A DNA stretch of 64,000 bases from Eledone cirrhosa. Taxonomy: Eukaryota. The number at the start of each line of letters is the position of its first letter. Within the stretch, counting starts at the first letter, position 1. The DNA lies in assembly GCA_964016885.1 (NCBI GenBank), contig OZ024740.1, positions 436,728,001-436,792,000 of the forward strand. The letters run 5' to 3'. Position numbers and translations under genes: made by a program. This document shows, one piece after another, positions 45,301-60,600 of the stretch. Under the pieces are notes generated by a model. The model saw nothing but the letters and a program-made list of their open reading frames with translations, did no database searches and was not told the origin of the DNA.

Positions 45301-48300
45301 CTATTTCTGTGATAACCCCTCACTGTTCACTACATTTCAAGCTATTTCTGTGATAACCCCTCACTGTTCAGTACATATCAAGCTATTTCTGTGATAACCC
45401 CTCACTGTTCACTACATGTCAAGCTATTTCTGTGATAACCCCTCACTGTTCTCTACATGTCAAGCTATTTCTGTAATAACCCCTCACTGTTCACTACATG
45501 TCAAGCTATTTCTGTAATAACCACTCACTGTTCACTACATGTCAAGCTATTTCTGTGATAACCCCTCACTGTTCACTACATGTCAAGCTATTTCTGTGAT
45601 AACCCCTCACTGTTCACTACATGTCAAGCTATTTCTGGGATAACCCCTCACTGTTCACTACATGTCAAGCTATTTCTGTGATAACCTTTCACTGTTCACT
45701 ACATGTCAAGCTATTTCTATGATAACCTCTCACTGTTAACTACATGTCAAGCTATTTCTGTGATAAGCCCTCACTGTTCACTACATGTCTAGCTATTTCT
45801 GTGTTAACCCCTCATTGTTCACTACATGTCAAGCTATTTCTGTGATTACCCCTCACTGTTCACTACATGTCAAGCTATTTCCGGTGATTACCCCTCACTG
45901 TTCACTATATGTCAAGCTATTTCTGTGATAACCTCTCACTGTTAACTACATGTCAAGCTATTTCTGTGATAACCCCTCACTGTTCACTACATGTCAAGCT
46001 ATTTCTGTGATAACCTTTCACTGTTCACTACATGTCAAGCTATTTCTATGATAACCTCTCACTGTTAACTACATGTCAAGCTGTTTCTGTGATAACCCCT
46101 CACTGTTCACTACATGTCAAACTATTTCTGTGATAATCCCTCAATGTTCATTACATGTCAAGCAATTCCTGTGATAACCTCTCACTGTTCACTACATGTC
46201 AAGCTCTTTCTGTGATAACCTGTCACTGTTCACTACATGTCAAGCTATTTCTGTGATAACCCCTCACTGTTCTCTACATGTCAAGCTATTTCTGTAATAA
46301 CCCCTCACTGTTCACTACATGTCAAGCTATTTCTGTGATAACCTCTCACTGTTCACTACATGACATGGTATTTCCGGTGATTACCCCTCACTGTTCACTA
46401 CATATCAAGCTATTTCTGTGATAATCCCTCACTGTTCACTACATGTCAAACTATTTCCGGTGATTGCCCCTCACTGTTCACTACATGTCAACCTATTTCT
46501 GTAATTACCCCTCACTGTTCACTACATGTCAAGCTATTTCTGTGATAACCCCTCACTGTTCTCTACATGTCAAGCTATTTCTGTAATAACCCCTCACTGT
46601 TCACTACATGTCAAGCTATTTCTGTGATAACCCCTCACTGTTCACTACATGTCAAGCTATTTCTGTGATAACCCCTCACTGTTCACTACATGTCAAGCTA
46701 TTTCTGTGATAACATTTCACTGTTCACTACATGTCAAGCTATTTCTATGATAACCTCTCACTGTTCACTACATGTCAAGCTATTTCTGTGATAACCTCTC
46801 ACTGTTCACTATATGTCTAGCTATTTCTGTGATAATCCCTCACTGTTCACTACATGCCAAGCTATTTCTGTGATTACCCCTCACTGTTCACTACATGTCA
46901 AGCTATTTCTGTGATAACCCCTCACTGTTCACTACATGTCAAGATATTTCTGTGATAACCTTTCACTGTTCACTACATGTCAAGCTATTTCTGTGATAAC
47001 CTCTCACTGTTCACTACATGTCAAGCTATTTCTATCATAAGCCCTCACTGTTCACTACATGTCAAGCTATTTCTTTGATAACCCCTGATTGTTCAATACA
47101 TGTCAAGCTATTTCTGTGATTACCCCTCACTGTTCACTACATGTCAAGCTATTTCCGGTGATTACCCCTCACTGTTCACTATATGTCAAGCTATTTCTGT
47201 GATTACCCCTCACTGTTCACTACATGTCAAGCTATTTCTGTGATAACCTCTCACTGGTCACTACATGTCAAGCTATTTCTGTGATAACCTCTCACTGTTC
47301 ACTACATGACAAGCTATTTCTGTGATAACCTCTCACTGTTCACTATATCTCAAGCTATTTCTGTGATAACCCCTCACTGTTCACTACATGTCAAACTATT
47401 TCTGTGATAACCCATCACTGTTCACTACATGTCAAGCTATTTCCGGTGATTACCCCTCACTGTTCACTATATGTCAAGCTATTTCTGTGATTACCCCTCA
47501 CTGTTCACTGTATGTCAAGCTATTTCTGTGATAACCTCTCACTGGTCACTAATTGTAAAGCTATTTCTGTGATAACCTCTCTCTGTTCACTACATGTCAA
47601 GCTATTTCTGTGATAACCTCTCACTGTTCACTATATGTCTAGCTATTTCTGTGATAACCCCTCACTGTTCACTACATGTCAAACTATTTCTGTGATAACC
47701 CATCACTGTTCACTACATGTCAAGCTATTTCCGGTGATTACCCCTCACTGTTCACTATATGTCAAGCTATTTCTGTGATTACCCCTCACTGTTCACTACA
47801 TGTCAAGCTATTTCTGTGATAACCTCTCACTGTTCACTACATGTCAAGCTATTTGTGTGATAACCTCTCACTGTTCACTACATGTCAAGCTATTTCTGTG
47901 ATAACCCCTGACTGTTCACTACATGTCAAGCTATTTATGTGATAATCCCTCACTGTTCATTACATATCAAGCTATTTCTGTGATAACCCCTCATTGTTCA
48001 CTACATGTCAAGCTATTTCTGTGATAACGCCTCACTGTTCACTACATGTCAAGCTATTTCTGTGATAACCCCTCATTGTTCACTACATGTCAAGCTATTT
48101 CTGTGATAACCTTTCACTGTTCTCTACATGTCAAGCTATTTGTGTGATAACCTCTCACTGTTCACTACATTTCAAGCTATTTCTGTGATAACCCCTCACT
48201 GTTCACTACATGTCAAGCTATTTCTGTGATAACCCCTCATTGTTCACTACATGTCAAGCTATTTCTGCAATTACCCCTCACTGTTCACTACATGTCAAGC

Positions 48301-50140
48301 GATTTCTGTGATAACCCCTCACTCTTCTCTACATGTCAAGCTATTTCTGTAATAACCCCTCACTGTTCACTACATGTCAAGCTATTTCTGTAATAACCAC
48401 TCACTGTTCACTACATGTCAAACTATTTCCGGTGATTGCCCCTCACTGTTCACTACATGTCAACCTATTTCTGTAATTACCCCTCACTGTTCACTACATG
48501 TCAAGCTATTTCTGTGATAACCCCTCACTGTTCTCTACATGTCAAGCTATTTCTGTAATAACCCCTCACTGTTCACTACATGTCAAGCTATTTCTGTAAT
48601 AACCACTCACTGTTCACTATATGTCAAGCTATTTATGTGATAACCCCTCACTGTTCACTACATGTCAAGCTATTTCTGTGATAACGCCTCACTGTTCACT
48701 ACATGTCAAGCTATTTCTGTGATAAGCCCTCATTGTTCACTACATGTCAAGCTATTTCTGTGATAAACTTTCACTGTTCTCTACATGTCAAGCTATTTGT
48801 GTGATAACCTCTCACTGTTCACTACATTTCAAGCTATTTCTGTGATAACCCCTCACTGTTCACTACAGGTCAAGTTATTTCTGTGATAAACCCTCACTGT
48901 TCACTACATGTCAAGCTATTTCTGTGATAATCCCTCACTGTTCACTACATGTCAAGCTATTTCTGTGATAACCCCTCACTGTTCACTACATGTCAACTAT
49001 TTCTGTGATAATCCCTCACTGTTCACTACATGTCAAGCTATTTCCGGTGATTGCCCCTCACTGTTCACTATATGTCAAGCTATTTCTGTGATAACCCCTC
49101 ACTGTTCACTACATGTCAAGCTATTTCTGTGATAACCCCTCACTGTTCAGTACATATCAAGCTATTTCTGTGATAACCCCTCACTGTTCACTACATGTCA
49201 AGCTATTTCTGTGATAACCCCTCACTGTTCTCTACATGTCAAGCTATTTCTGTAATAACCCCTCACTGTTCACTACATGTCAAGCTATTTCTGTAATAAC
49301 CACTCACTGTTCACTACATGTCAAGCTGTTTCTGTGATAACCCCTCACTGTTCACTACATGTCAAGCTATTTCTGTGATAACCCCTCAATGTTCACTACA
49401 TGTCAAGCTATTTCTGGGATAACCCCTCACTGTTCACTACATGTCAAGCTATTTCTGTGATAACCTTTCACTGTTCACTACATGTCAAGCTATTTCTATG
49501 ATAACCTCTCACTGTTAACTACATGTCAAGCTATTTCTGTGATAAGCCCTCACTGTTCACTACATGTCTAGCTATTTCTGTGTTAACCCCTCATTGTTCA
49601 CTACATGTCAAGCTATTTCTGTGATTACCCCTCACTGTTCACTACATGTCAAGCTATTTCCGGTGATTACCCCTCACTGTTCACTATATGTCAAGCTATT
49701 TCTGTGATAACCTCTCACTGTTAACTACATGTCAAGCTATTTCTGTGATAACCCCTCACTGTTCACTACATGTCAAGCTATTTCTGTGATAACCTTTCAC
49801 TGTTCACTACATGTCAAGCTATTTCTATGATAATCTCTCACTGTTAACTACATGTCAAGCTGTTTCTGTGATAACCCCTCACTGTTCACTACATGTCAAA
49901 CTATTTCTGTGATAATCCCTCAATGTTCATTACATGTCAAGCAATTCCTGTGATAACCTCTCACTGTTCACTACATGTCAAGCTCTTTCTGTGATAACCT
50001 GTCACTGTTCACTACATGTCAAGCTATTTCTGTGATAACCCCTCACTGTTCTCTACATGTCAAGCTATTTCTGTAATAACCCCTCACTGTTCACTACATG
50101 TCAAGCTATTTCTGTGATAACCTCTCACTGTTCACTACAT
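38860..50140. repeat. Near-perfect tandem duplication, about 137 monomers (5626 bp x2)
   Basis: CCCTGAC at 38911/44537 and TACATGACAT at 40731/46357. ORFs at 39503/45129 and 43282/48908. All offsets are 5626. Confidence 0.93.
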
Positions 50141-53100
50141 GACAAGGTATTTCCGGTGATTACCCCTCACTGTTCACTACATATCAAGCTATTTCTGTGA
50201 TAATCCCTCACTGTTCACTACATGTCAAACTATTTCCGGTGATTGCCCCTCACTGTTCACTACATGTCAACCTATTTCTGTAATTACCCCTCACTGTTCA
50301 CTACATGTCAAGCTATTTCTGTGATAACCCCTCACTGTTCACTACATGTCAAGCTATTTCTGTAATAACCCCTCACTGTTCACTACATGTCAAGCTATTT
50401 CTGTGATAACATTTCACTGTTCACTACATGTCAAGCTATTTCTATGATAACCTCTCACTGTTCACTACATGTCAAGCTATTTCTGTGATAACCTCTCACT
50501 GTTCACTATATGTCAAGCTATTTCTGTGATAATCCCTCACTGTTCACTACATGCCAAGCTATTTCTGTGATTACCCCTCACTGTTCACTACATGTCAAGC
50601 TATTTCTGTGATAACCCCTCACTGTTCACTACATATCAAGATATTTCTGTGATAACCTTTCACTGTTCACTACATGTCAAGCTATTTCTGTGATAACCTC
50701 TCACTGTTCACTACATGTCAAGCTATTTCTGTGATAAGCCCTCACTGTTCACTACATGTCAAGCTATTTCTTTGATAACCCCTGATTGTTCAATACATGT
50801 CAAGCTATTTCTGTGATTACCCCTCACAGTTCACTACATGTCAAGCTATTTCCGGTGATTACCCCTCACTGTTCACTATATGTCAAGCTATTTCTGTGAT
50901 TACCCCTCACTGTTCACTACATGTCAAGCTATTTCTGTGATAACCTCTCACTGGTCACTACATGTAAAGCTATTTCTGTGATAACCTCTCACTGTTCACT
51001 ACATGACAAGCTATTTCTGTGATAACCTCTCACTGTTCACTATATCTCAAGCTATTTCTGTGATAACCCCTCACTGTTCACTACATGTCAAACTATTTCT
51101 GTGATAACCCATCACTGTTCACTACATGTCAAGCTATTTCCGGTGATTACCCCTCACTGTTCACTATATGTCAAGCTATTTCTGTGATTACCCCTCACTG
51201 TTCACTGTATGTCAAGCTATTTCTGTGATAACCTCTCACTGGTCACTAATTGTAAAGCTATTTCTGTGATAACCTCTCTCTGTTCACTACATGTCAAGCT
51301 ATTTCTGTGATAACCTCTCACTGTTCACTATATGTCTAGCTATTTCTGTGATAACCCCTCACTGTTCACTACATGTCAAACTATTTCTGTGATAACCCAT
51401 CACTGTTCACTACATGTCAAGCTATTTCCGGTGATTACCCCTCACTGTTCACTATATGTCAAGCTATTTCTGTGATTACCCCTCACTGTTCACTACATGT
51501 CAAGCTATTTCTGTGATAACCTCTCACTGTTCACTACATGTCAAGCTATTTGTGTGATAACCTCTCACTGTTCACTACATGTCAAGCTATTTCTGTGATA
51601 ACCCCTGACTGTTCACTACATGTCAAGCTATTTATGTGATAATCCCTCACTGTTCATTACATATCAAGCTATTTCTGTGATAACCCCTCACTGTTCACTA
51701 CATGTCAAGCTATTTCTGTGATAACGCCTCACTGTTCACTACATGTCAAGCTATTTCTGTGATAACCCCTCATTGTTCACTACATGTCAAGCTATTTCTG
51801 TGATAACCTTTCACTGTTCTCTACATGTCAAGCTATTTGTGTGATAACCTCTCACTGTTCACTACATTTCAAGCTATTTCTGTGATAAGCCCTCACTGTT
51901 CACTACATGTCAAGCTATTTCTGTGATAACCCCTCATTGTTCACTACATGTCAAGCTATTTCTGCAATTACCCCTCACTGTTCACTACATGTCAAGCGAT
52001 TTCTGTGATAACCCCTCACTCTTCTCTACATGTCAAGCTATTTCTGTAATAACCCCTCACTGTTCACTACATGTCAAGCTATTTCTGTAATAACCACTCA
52101 CTGTTCACTATATGTCAAGCTATTTATGTGATAACCCCTCACTGTTCACTACATGTCAAGCTATTTCTGTGATTACGCCTCACTGTTCACTACATGTCAA
52201 GCTATTTCTGTGATAACCTTTCACTGTTCTCTACATGTCAAGTTATTTGTGTGATGACCTCTCACTGTTCACTACATTTCAAGCTATTTCTGTGATAACC
52301 CCTCACTGTTCACTACAGGTCAAGCTATTTCTGTGTTAAACGCTCACTGTTCACTACATGTCAAGCTATTTCTGTGATAATCCCTCACTGTTCACTACAT
52401 GTCAAGCTATTTCTGTGATAACCACTCACTGTTCACTACATGTCAACTATTTCTGTGATAATCCCTCACTGTTCACTACATGTCAAGCTATTTCCGGTGA
52501 TTGCCCCTCACTGTTCACTATATGTCAAGCTATTTCTGTGATAACCCCTCACTGTTCACTACATGTCAAGCTATTTCTGTGATAACCCCTCACTGTTCAG
52601 TACATATCAAGCTATTTCTGTTATAACCCCTCACTGTTCACTACATGTCAAGCTATTTCTGTGATAACGCCTCACTTTTCATTACATGTCAAGCTATTTT
52701 TGTGATAAGCCCTCACTGTTCACTACATGTCAAGCTATTTCTATGATAACCCCTCACAGTTCACTACATGTCAAGCTATTTCTGTGATAACCTCTCACTG
52801 TTCACTACATGTCAAGCTATTTCTGTGATAACCCCTCACTGTTCACTATATGTCAAGCTATTTCTGTGATAACCCCTCACTGTTCACTACATTTCAAACT
52901 ATTTCTGTGATAACCCCTCACTGTTCACTACATGTCAACTATTTCCGGTGATTACCCCTCACTGTTCACTATATGTCAAGCTATTTCTGTGATTACCCCT
53001 CACTGTTCACTACATGTCAAGCTATTGCTGTGATAACCTCTCACTGTTCACTACATGTCAAGCTATTTCTGTGATAATCCCTCACTGTTCACTACATGTC

Positions 53101-54689
53101 AAGTTATTTCTGTGATAACCCCTCACTGTTCACTACATGTCAAGGTATTTCTGTGATAACCTCTCACTGTTCACTACATGTCAAGCTATTTGTGTGATAA
53201 CCTCTCACTGTTCACTACATGTCAAGCTATTTCTGTGATAACCCCTGACTGTTCACTACATGTCAAGCTATTTCTGTGATAATCCCTCACTGTTCACTAC
53301 ATGTCAAGCTATTTCTGTGATAACCCCTCACTGTTCTCTACATGTCAAGCTATTTCTGTAATAACCCCTCACTGTTCACTACATGTCAAGCTATTTCTGT
53401 AATAACCACTCACTGTTCACTATACGTCAAGCTATTTATGTGATTACCCCTCACTGTTCTCTACATGTCAAGCTATTTCTGTAATAACCCCTCACTGTTC
53501 AATACAGGTCAAGCTATTTCTGTGATAAACCCTCACTGTTCACTACATGCCAAGCTATTTGTGTGATTACCTCTCAATTTTAATTACATGTCACGCTATT
53601 TCTGTGATAACCCCTCACTGTTCACTACATGTCAAGATATTTCTGTGATGACCTTTCACTGTTCACTACATGTCAAGCTATTTCTGTGATAACCTCTCAC
53701 TGTTCACTACATGTCAAGCTATTTCTGTGATAAGCCCTCACTGTTCACTACATGTCAAGCTATTTCTGTGATTACCCCTCACTGTTCACTACATGTCAAG
53801 CTATTTCCGGTGATTACCCCTCACTGTTCACTATATGTCAAGCTATTTCTGTGATTACCCCTCACTGTTCACTACATGTCAAGCTATTTCTGTGATAACC
53901 TCTCACTGGTCACTACATGTAAAGCTATTTCTGTGATAACCTCTCACTGTTCACTACATGACAAGCTATTCCGGTGATTACCCCTCACTGTTCACTACAT
54001 ATCAAGCTATTTCTGTGATAATCCCTCACTGTTCACTACATGTCAAACAATTTCCGGTGATTTCCCCTCACTGTTCACTACATGTCAACATATTTCTGTA
54101 ATTACCCCTCACTGTTCACTACATGTCAAGCTATTTCTGTGATAACCCCTCACTGTTCACTACATGTCAAGCTATTTCTGTGATAACCCCTCACTGTTCA
54201 CTACATGTCAAGCTATTTCTGTGATAACCCCTCACTGTTCACTACATGTCAAGCTATTTCTGTGATAACCTTTCACTGTTCACTACATGTCAAGCTATTT
54301 CTATGATAACCTCTCACTGTTCACTACATGTCAAGCTATTTCTGTGATAAGCCCTCACTCTTCTCTACATGTCAAGCTATTTCTGTAATAACCCCTCACT
54401 GTTCACTACATGTCAAGCTATTTCTGTAATAACCACTCACTGTTCACTATATGTCAAGCTATTTATGTGATAACCCCTCACTGTTCACTACATGTCAAGC
54501 TATTTCTGTGATTACGCCTCACTGTTCACTACATGTCAAGCTATTTCTGTGATAACCCCTCATTGTTCACTACATGTCAAGCTATTTCTGTGATAACCTT
54601 TCACTGTTCTCTACATGTCAAGCTATTTGTGTGATAACCTCTCACTGTTCACTACATTTCAAGCTATTTCTGTGATAAGCCCTCATTGT

Positions 54690-57600
54690 TCACTACATGT
54701 CAAGCTATTTCTATGATAACCCCTCACAGTTCATTACATGTCAAGCTATTTCTGTGATAACCTCTCACTGTTCACTACATGTCAAGCTATTTCTGTGATA
54801 ACCCCTCACTGTTCACTATATGTCAAGCTATTTCTGTGATAACCCCTCACTGTTCACTACATTTCAAACTATTTCTGTGATAACCCCTCACTGTTCACTA
54901 CATGTCAAGCTATTTCCGGTGATTACCCCTCACTGTTCACTATATGTCAAGCTATTTCTGTGATTACCCCTCACTGTTCACTACATGTCAAGCTATTGCT
55001 GTGATAACCTCTCACTGTTCACTACATGTCAAGCTATTTCTGTGATAATCCCTCACTGTTCACTACATGTCAAGTTATTTCTGTGATAACCCCTCACTGT
55101 TCACTACATGTCAAGGTATTTCTGTGATAACCTCTCACTGTTCACTACATGTCAAGCTATTTGTGTGATAACCTCTCACTGTTCACTACATGTCAAGCTA
55201 TTTCTGTGATAACCCCTGACTGTTCACTACATGTCAAGGTATTTCTGTGATAATCCCTCACTGTTCACTACATGCGAAGCTATTTCTGTGATAACCCCTC
55301 ACTGTTCTCTACATGTAAAGCTATTTCTGTAATAACCCCTCACTGTTCACTACATGTCAAGCTATTTCTGTAATAACCACTCACTGTTCACTATATTTCA
55401 AGCTATTTATGTGATTACCCCTCACTGTTCTCTACATGTCAAGCTATTTCTGTAATAACCCCTCACTGTTCAATACAGGTCAAGCTATTTCTGTGATAAA
55501 CCCTCACTGTTCACTACATGTCAAGCTATTTCTGTGATAATCCCTCACTGTTCACTACATATCAAGCTATTTCTGTGATAACCTCTCACTTGTCACTACA
55601 TGTAAAGCTATTTCTGTCATAACCTCTCACTGTTCACTACATATCAAGCTATTTCTGTGATAATCCCTCACTGTTCACTACATGTCAAACTATTTCCGGT
55701 GATTGCCCCTCACTGTTCACTACATGTCAACCTATTTCGGTAATTACCCCTCACTGTTCACTACATGTCAAGCTATTTCTGTGATAACCCCTCACTGTTC
55801 TCTACATGTCAAGCTATTTCTGTAATAACCCCTCACTGTTCACTACATGTCAAGCTATTTCTGTAATAACCACTCACTGTTCACTACATGTCAAGCTATT
55901 TCTGTGATAACCCCTCACTGTTCACTACATGTCAAGCTATTTCTGTGATAACCCCTCACTGTTCACTACATGTCAAGCTATTTCTGTGATAACCCCTCAC
56001 TGTTCACTACATGTCAAGCTATTTCTGTGATAACCTTTCACTGTTCACTACATGTCAAGCTATTTCTATGATAACCTCTCACTGTTCACTACATGTCAAG
56101 CTATTTCTGTGATAAGCCCTCACTGTTCACTACATGTCTAGCTATTTCTGTGATAACCCCTCATTGTTCACTACATGTCAAGCTATTTCTGTGATTACCC
56201 CTCACTGTTCACTACATATCAAGCTATTTCCGGTGATTACCCCTCACTGTTCACTACATGTCAAGCTCTTTCTGTGATAACCTGTCACTGTTCACTACAT
56301 GTCAAGCTATTTCTGTGATAACCTCTCACTGTTCACTATATGTCAAGCTATTTCTGTGATAATCCCTCACTGTTCACTACATGCCAAGCTATTTCTGTGA
56401 TTACCCCTCACTTTTAATTACATGTCACGCTATTTCTGTGATAACCCCTCACTGTTCACTACATGTCAAGATATTTCTGTGATAACCTTTCACTGTTCAC
56501 TACATGTCAAGCTATTTCTGTGATAACCTCTCACTGTTCACTACATGTCAAGCTATTTCTGTGATAAACCCTCACTGTTCACTTAATGTCAAGCTTTTTC
56601 TGTGATAACCCCTGATTGTTCACTACATGTCAAGCTATTTCTGTGATTACCCCTCACTGTTCACTACATGTCAAGCTATTTCTGTGATAATCCCACACTG
56701 TTCACTACATGTCAAGCTATTTCTGTGAAAACCCCTCACTGTTCACTACATGTCAAGCTATTTCTGTGATAACCCCTCACTGTTCACTACATGTCAAGCT
56801 ATTTCTGTGATAACCCCTAACTGTTCACTACATGTCAAGCTATTTCTGTGATAATCCCTCACTGTTCACTACATATCAAGCTATTTCCGGTGATTACCCC
56901 TCACTGTTCACTATATGTCAAGCTATTTCTATGATAACCTCTCACTGTTCACTACATGTCAAGCTATTTCTGTGATAACCTCTCACTGTTCACTATATGT
57001 CAAGCTATTTCTGTGATAATCCCTCACTGTTCACTACATGCCAAGCTATTTCTGTGATTACCCCTCACTGTTCACTACATGTCAAGCTATTTCTGTGATA
57101 ACCCCTCACTGTTCACTACATGTCAAGATATTTCTGTGATAACCTTTCACTGTTCACTACATGTCAAGCTATTTCTGTGATAACCTCTCACTGTTCACTA
57201 CATGTCAAGCTATTTCTGTGATAAGCCCTCACTGTTCACTACATGTCAAGCTATTTCTTTGATAACCCCTGATTGTTCAATACATGTCAAGCTATTTCTG
57301 TGATTACCCCTCACTGTTCACTACATGTCAAGCTATTTCCGGTGATTACCCCTCACTGTTCACTATATGTCAAGCTATTTCTGTGATTACCCCTCACTGT
57401 TCACTACATGTCAAGCTATTTCTGTGATAACCTCTCACTGGTCACTACATGTAAAGCTATTTCTGTGATAACCTCTCACTGTTCACTACATGACAAGCTA
57501 TTTCTGTGATAACCTCTCACTGTTCACTATATCTCAAGCTATTTCTGTGATAACCCCTCACTGTTCACTACATGTCAAACTATTTCTGTGATAACCCATC

Positions 57601-60600
57601 ACTGTTCACTACATGTCAAGCTATTTCCGGTGATTACCCCTCACTGTTCACTATATGTCAAGCTATTTCTGTGATTACCCCTCACTGTTCACTGTATGTC
57701 AAGCTATTTCTGTGATAACCTCTCACTGGTCACTAATTGTAAAGCTATTTCTGTGATAACCTCTCTCTGTTCACTACATGTCAAGCTATTTCTGTGATAA
57801 CCTCTCACTGTTCACTATATGTCTAGCTATTTCTGTGATAACCCCTCACTGTTCACTACATGTCAAACTATTTCTGTGATAACCCATCACTGTTCACTAC
57901 ATGTCAAGCTATTTCCGGTGATTACCCCTCACTGTTCACTATATGTCAAGCTATTTCTGTGATTACCCCTCACTGTTCACTACATGTCAAGCTATTTCTG
58001 TGATAACCTCTCACTGTTCACTACATGTCAAGCTATTTGTGTGATAACCTCTCACTGTTCACTACATGTCAAGCTATTTCTGTGATAACCCCTGACTGTT
58101 CACTACATGTCAAGCTATTTATGTGATAATCCCTCACTGTTCATTACATATCAAACTATTTCTGTGATAACCCCTCACTGTTCACTACATGTCAAGCTAT
58201 TTCTGTGATAACGCCTCACTGTTCACTACATGTCAAGCTATTTCTGTGATAACCCCTCATTGTTCACTACATGTCAAGCTATTTCTGTGATAACCTTTCA
58301 CTGTTCTCTACATGTCAAGCTATTTCTGTAATAACCACTCACTGTTCACTATATGTCAAGCTATTTATGTGATAACCCCTCACTGTTCACTACATGTCAA
58401 GCTATTTCTGTGATTACGCCTCACTGTTCACTACATGTCAAGCTATTTCTGTGATAACCTTTCACTGTTCTCTACATGTCAAGTTATTTGTGTGATGACC
58501 TCTCACTGTTCACTACATTTCAAGCTATTTCTGTGATAACCCCTCACTGTTCACTACAGGTCAAGCTATTTCTGTGTTAAACGCTCACTGTTCACTACAT
58601 GTCAAGCTATTTCTGTGATAATCCCTCACTGTTCACTACATGTCAAGCTATTTCTGTGATAACCACTCACTGTTCACTACATGTCAACTATTTCTGTGAT
58701 AATCCCTCACTGTTCACTACATGTCAAGCTATTTCCGGTGATTGCCCCTCACTGTTCACTATATGTCAAGCTATTTCTGTGATAACCCCTCACTGTTCAC
58801 TACATGTCAAGCTATTTCTGTGATAACCCCTCACTGTTCAGTACATATCAAGCTATTTCTGTTATAACCCCTCACTGTTCACTACATGTCAAGCTATTTC
58901 TGTGATAACGCCTCACTTTTCATTACATGTCAAGCTATTTTTGTGATAAGCCCTCACTGTTCACTACATGTCAAGCTATTTCTATGATAACCCCTCACAG
59001 TTCACTACATGTCAAGCTATTTCTGTGATAACCTCTCACTGTTCACTACATGTCAAGCTATTTCTGTGATAACCCCTCACTGTTCACTATATGTCAAGTT
59101 ATTTCTGTGATAACCCCTCACTGTTCACTACATTTCAAACTATTTCTGTGATAACCCCTCACTGTTCACTACATGTCAAGCTATTTCCGGTGATTACCCC
59201 TCACTGTTCACTATATGTCAAGCTATTTCTGTGATTACCCCTCACTGTTCACTACATGTCAAGCTATTGCTGTGATAACCTCTCACTGTTCACTACATGT
59301 CAAGCTATTTCTGTGATAATCCCTCACTGTTCACTACATGTCAAGTTATTTCTGTGATAACCCCTCACTGTTCACTACATGTCAAGGTATTTCTGTGATA
59401 ACCTCTCACTGTTCACTACATGTCAAGCTATTTGTGTGATAACCTCTCACTGTTCACTACATGTCAAGCTATTTCTGTGATAACCCCTGACTGTTCACTA
59501 CATGTCAAGGTATTTCTGTGATAATCCCTCACTGTTCACTACATGCGAAGCTATTTCTGTGATAACCCCTCACTGTTCTCTACATGTAAAGCTATTTCTG
59601 TAATAACCCCTCACTGTTCACTACATGTCAAGCTATTTCTGTAATAACCACTCACTGTTCACTATATTTCAAGCTATTTATGTGATTACCCCTCACTGTT
59701 CTCTACATGTCAAGCTATTTCTGTAATAACCCCTCACTGTTCAATACAGGTCAAGCTATTTCTGTGATAAACCCTCACTGTTCACTACATGTCAAGCTAT
59801 TTCTGTGATAATCCCTCACTGTTCACTACATATCAAGCTATTTCTGTGATAACCTCTCACTTGTCACTACATGTAAAGCTATTTCTGTCATAACCTCTCA
59901 CTGTTCACTACATATCAAGCTATTTCTGTGATAATCCCTCACTGTTCACTACATGTCAAACTATTTCCGGTGATTGCCCCTCACTGTTCACTACATGTCA
60001 ACCTATTTCGGAAATTACCCCTCACTGTTCACTACATGTCAAGCTATTTCTGTGATAACCCCTCACTGTTCTCTACATGTCAAGCTATTTCTGTAATAAC
60101 CCCTCACTGTTCACTACATGTCAAGCTATTTCTGTAATAACCACTCACTGTTCACTACATGTCAAGCTATTTCTGTGATAACCCCTCACTGTTCACTACA
60201 TGTCAAGCTATTTCTGTGATAACCCCTCACTGTTCACTACATGTCAAGCTATTTCTGTGATAACCCCTCACTGTTCACTACATGTCAAGCTATTTCTGTG
60301 ATAACCTTTCACTGTTCACTACATGTCAAGCTATTTCTATGATAACCTCTCACTGTTCACTACATGTCAAGCTATTTCTGTGATAAGCCCTCACTGTTCA
60401 CTACATGTCTAGCTATTTCTGTGATAACCCCTCATTGTTCACTACATGTCAAGCTATTTCTGTGATTACCCCTCACTGTTCACTACATATCAAGCTATTT
60501 CCGGTGATTACCCCTCACTGTTCACTACATGTCAAGCTCTTTCTGTGATAACCTGTCACTGTTCACTACATGTCAAGCTATTTCTGTGATAACCTCTCAC

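Noticed and set aside
296-60137. Cys/His-rich 60-75 aa ORFs (MSSYFCDNPSLFTTCQAISVITPHCSLHVKLFL-like) as a peptide or zinc-finger-like gene family
   Set aside because: They are the three reading frames of the 41-mer read in succession. An in-frame TGA-TAA ends unshifted frames within three monomers, and longer ORFs coincide with indel monomers. There is no gene context.
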